64,000 bases of DNA from an uncultured Chloroflexia bacterium (GTDB taxonomy: Bacteria; Chloroflexota; Limnocylindria; QHBO01): assembly GCA_963716585.1 (NCBI GenBank), contig CAVQTN010000004.1, positions 771,255-835,254 on the forward strand. The letters are read 5' to 3'. The notes beneath the pieces were generated by a model that worked only from the letters and a program-made list of their open reading frames with translations, did no database searches and had not been told where the DNA came from. Shown one piece after another: positions 61,599-64,000 of this stretch. Both the position numbers and the translations under genes were made by a program. Position 1 is the first letter of the stretch; each line of letters opens with the position of its first letter.

Positions 61599-62168
61599 AT
61601 GGCGAGGCGGGGACATGCCGCGAAGGGCGCGGCGGCGCTGGCGACGGTTGTCCTGGCCCTAGCGGGATGCGGGTCAGCCCCTGCGTCGGTTCCGGGGGCG
61701 TCGGTAGCCCACGCAACCGCACCCGAAGCATGCCGCGCCACGACCGGCGGGGACTGGAAGGTAGAGATCGAAGTGGATAGGTCGGAGAGCAGCGCCCTGG
61801 CGCTCGTCTCCGGGGACTCGATCGCCACCTGCCTGACGAATCGGAACGGGGATGGGACCGGCTTCGGATCAACGGCGGTGGCGGTCGGCCTCCACCCGGT
61901 CGGCTCGCCACCGACGCTGACATTTGTGACCTCGATGGCGAGTCCGAACGGTCCCCCGAGCATCCTCATCGGTCGAGTGCCGCCCGCGGCCAAGGCGCTT
62001 CGGCTGGTGCTGGCCGACGGGTCGGAAGAGAACGCCCCGATCGGCGGTGACATCTGGCTCGCCTGGCTCACGACCCCCGAAGAGCCAACGCTCATCGAGG
62101 CGCTTGACGCATCGGGGGCGACGATCTCGCGGATCGAGGACGCCAACGGGATTCAGCCCGCCGACTGA
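61599..62168 (+). CDS. Lipoprotein (hypothetical)
   Basis: Signal peptide with lipobox LALAGCGS. Confidence 0.55.
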   Translation: MARRGHAAKGAAALATVVLALAGCGSAPASVPGASVAHATAPEACRATTGGDWKVEIEVDRSESSALALVSGDSIATCLTNRNGDGTGFGSTAVAVGLHPVGSPPTLTFVTSMASPNGPPSILIGRVPPAAKALRLVLADGSEENAPIGGDIWLAWLTTPEEPTLIEALDASGATISRIEDANGIQPAD

Positions 62169-62352
62169 CCACCGGAGTTGTCGGCCGTCGGCGTGACATT
62201 GCTGGCGCGAACGTGAAACGACGATCGTCGGCTCGACCTGCGGGCACTTCTTGCCGCATCAAGTGCGCCAGCATGGTCATCGCCTTGGCCCAGACGCCGT
62301 TCTCTCGCCAGCGTCGCCATGCCGCCCGGGCCGATGACAATGGCCAGACCCC

Positions 62353-63108
62353 TCAACCGAGCAGCGCCGGCAGCAGATGGCGCACCACGAGCGCGCTGTT
62401 CGCCGATGCGGCGACGAGGAACCGCTCGAAGGCCTCCGGTGACGGCGCGGCGTCGCCGGCCAGGTCGCTGATGGCGCGGATCACCAGGTGGCGCACCCCC
62501 AGCTGCTCGGCGACCTGCGCCAGCGCGCCGCCCTCCATCTCCACGGCGGTGCCACCCAGGCCCGTGTGCAACGCCTGGCGCACCGCCACGGCGTTGACGA
62601 AGACGTCGCCGGTCAGGATCGTGCCGATCGCGATCCTCGGCCGCCGGCCCTCGACCTCCCCCAGCTCGAGGCCACGGAGGCGTTGCATGGCGACGGCGAG
62701 GAGGGCCGCATCGGTCTGGTAGCCCAGGCGCTCGGTGGGATTCACAAAGGGCAGGTGCCCGGGCTGGTAGACGCGCATCCCGTCCGGCTCGGCCACGCCG
62801 GCGTCGTGCTGCACCAGGTGGGCCGCCACGATCACGTCACCGATACCGATCGCCGGGTCGAGCCCGCCCGCAACGCCGGTGAAGATCAACAGGCTCGGCC
62901 CGGTCCGGGCAATGAGCAGCGCCGTGAGCGCCGCAACCGCCACTTTGCCGATGCCGGCCTCGGCAAGCACCACGGCGCAGCCATCGAGGGTCCCCTGCCA
63001 GGCGGCAAAACCGCCGGGGATGTCCAGCGGCGCCGCATCGGCGAGGTCGCCGCGCAGGGCGACGAGCTCCTGCGGCAGGGCGGAGATGATGGCGATCGGC
63101 GCGGTCAT
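62353..63108 (-). CDS. PNP_UDP_1 family nucleosidase (MTA/SAH nucleosidase or futalosine hydrolase-like)
   Basis: [10 protein letters not shown]...FTGVAGGL...[11 protein letters not shown], the Pfs/MqnB family pattern. Confidence 0.65.
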   Translation of the reverse strand: MTAPIAIISALPQELVALRGDLADAAPLDIPGGFAAWQGTLDGCAVVLAEAGIGKVAVAALTALLIARTGPSLLIFTGVAGGLDPAIGIGDVIVAAHLVQHDAGVAEPDGMRVYQPGHLPFVNPTERLGYQTDAALLAVAMQRLRGLELGEVEGRRPRIAIGTILTGDVFVNAVAVRQALHTGLGGTAVEMEGGALAQVAEQLGVRHLVIRAISDLAGDAAPSPEAFERFLVAASANSALVVRHLLPALLG

Positions 63109-63120
63109 GCGTGGTGGCGC

Positions 63121-63335
63121 AGCCTAGACTCAAATGCACGGGACCGCGGCGCTCAGCTGCGATCGATGCGCCAGGTGACTCAACTCGACGGAATTGACCG
63201 GGTTTGGGCGTCAAGCGGGGCGGTGTGAGTCACCACGCGAACCAAACGCATGAGAGCCGCCCTCTCACCGGCGTTTGAGTCCTGGGCGACTCGGTGGCGG
63301 AAGAGACAGCCGCAGGTCCACCGCTGTGGGACCGT
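63121..63335. repeat. Dispersed repeat family, copy 3 (inverted, truncated, about 215 bp)
   Basis: Reverse complement matches 59352-59560 of copy 1. Confidence 0.75.
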
Positions 63336-63465
63336 CGAGGGACTTGGCCGGCGACTAAGCGCAGCGATGGAACCGCCAGGATCGCCACAGGACGATCGAG
63401 GGCGTGCTACGGCAAGAGGTCAGCCGGCCGCGCCTCGCCGCGCGTCGCTCGCTCGACCGTCAGTT

Positions 63466-63840
63466 CTACGACCCGGTGTGGCTCCTGACCTGATCGGCGC
63501 GCCGCCGCCAAGCGAGGACCCCCAGCACCAAGCCCACGCCGAGGACGACTGCGCTCAGGACGAGGAACTGATCAACCCCGAAGCCCTGACAGCCCCTGTT
63601 TGGAGCGGCGTTGAAGGCATCGCACGCCAGCTGGGCGCGAACCGTCAGCGCGGACCACAGACCGCCGAACCCAAGGAACGCACCCGACAGGAACGCCGCG
63701 CTGCGCGCCACGACGAAGGCGAGCGCCAGAAAGGCGAGACTCAGCACGAGGAACGGCGCGCCGCCACCCAGCACCATGAGCCCAACCGCAGCGCCAAACA
63801 CCAGGCCAACTCCCCAGCTCGGCCAACGTTCAGTTCGCAA
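63466..63840 (-). CDS. Hypothetical small membrane protein
   Basis: 3 hydrophobic helices. ORF only. Confidence 0.35.
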   Translation of the reverse strand: MRTERWPSWGVGLVFGAAVGLMVLGGGAPFLVLSLAFLALAFVVARSAAFLSGAFLGFGGLWSALTVRAQLACDAFNAAPNRGCQGFGVDQFLVLSAVVLGVGLVLGVLAWRRRADQVRSHTGS

Positions 63841-64000
63841 CAGCGGATCCCTCCGAGGATCGTTCTGGCCTCAGGATGGTGCGCCGCTCATGACGACGCA
63901 AGTCCCGCAGGGTCTTGTGACCCTGGCCCTATCTGTCGGATGGTCCGCAGCTAGTCCGACCTAGCCGAGGTAGAAGCGATCCACCCCCAATAGCCCAGGA

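Overview
High-GC (about 70%) chromosomal segment with actinobacterial-type gene content: DosR-like regulator, PAC2, LCP, YcaQ, UvrD2-like helicase with HRDC, DUF2945. Across the window, adjacent genes are often translationally coupled through ATGA/TGATG overlaps. Positions 1-21.6 kb form a dense nitric-oxide / hypoxia / denitrification island. It holds tandem-UspA, an Hrp1-like CBS-pair protein, hemerythrin, DUF2249, an ArsR-like regulator, DUF59, an NnrS-like heme-copper membrane protein, an FNR-like reductase, an AhpD-like protein, a cupin, a fused cytochrome b561 / sulfite-oxidase-family molybdoenzyme, a P450, a three-domain copper nitrite reductase NirK carrying an N-terminal cupredoxin, and a DosS/DosR-like GAF-kinase / NarL-family two-component pair. 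The middle holds metal homeostasis (CopA, YHS, erythrin-VIT1 MbfA-like), two tandem ABC-2 exporters, a PAS-GAF histidine kinase with a single-domain receiver, sugar / SDR enzymes, tRNA-Gly, and a small DNA-damage-associated cluster (YcaQ/AlkZ-like, DUF1697, DinB/DfsB-like). The 3' part holds an adenylate cyclase with a repeat-encoded linker, an LCP protein, a VapBC module coupled to a UvrD2-like helicase, and an MTA/SAH-nucleosidase-family gene. Four genes (P450, CopA, DinB-like, cupin) each carry a single-nucleotide frameshift. Several repeat families stand out: a 130-bp hairpin-rich direct repeat flanking an HTH gene; a MITE-like element with 15-bp terminal inverted repeats in three copies flanking a paralogous HTH gene, one copy amplified into a 5 x 60 bp tandem array; a dispersed 200-400 bp repeat family in five copies carrying GGCGACTCAAACGCATG / TGAGTCA motifs; and microsatellite / perfect tandem repeats. 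Many long ORFs on the opposite strand of real genes are high-GC frame artefacts.
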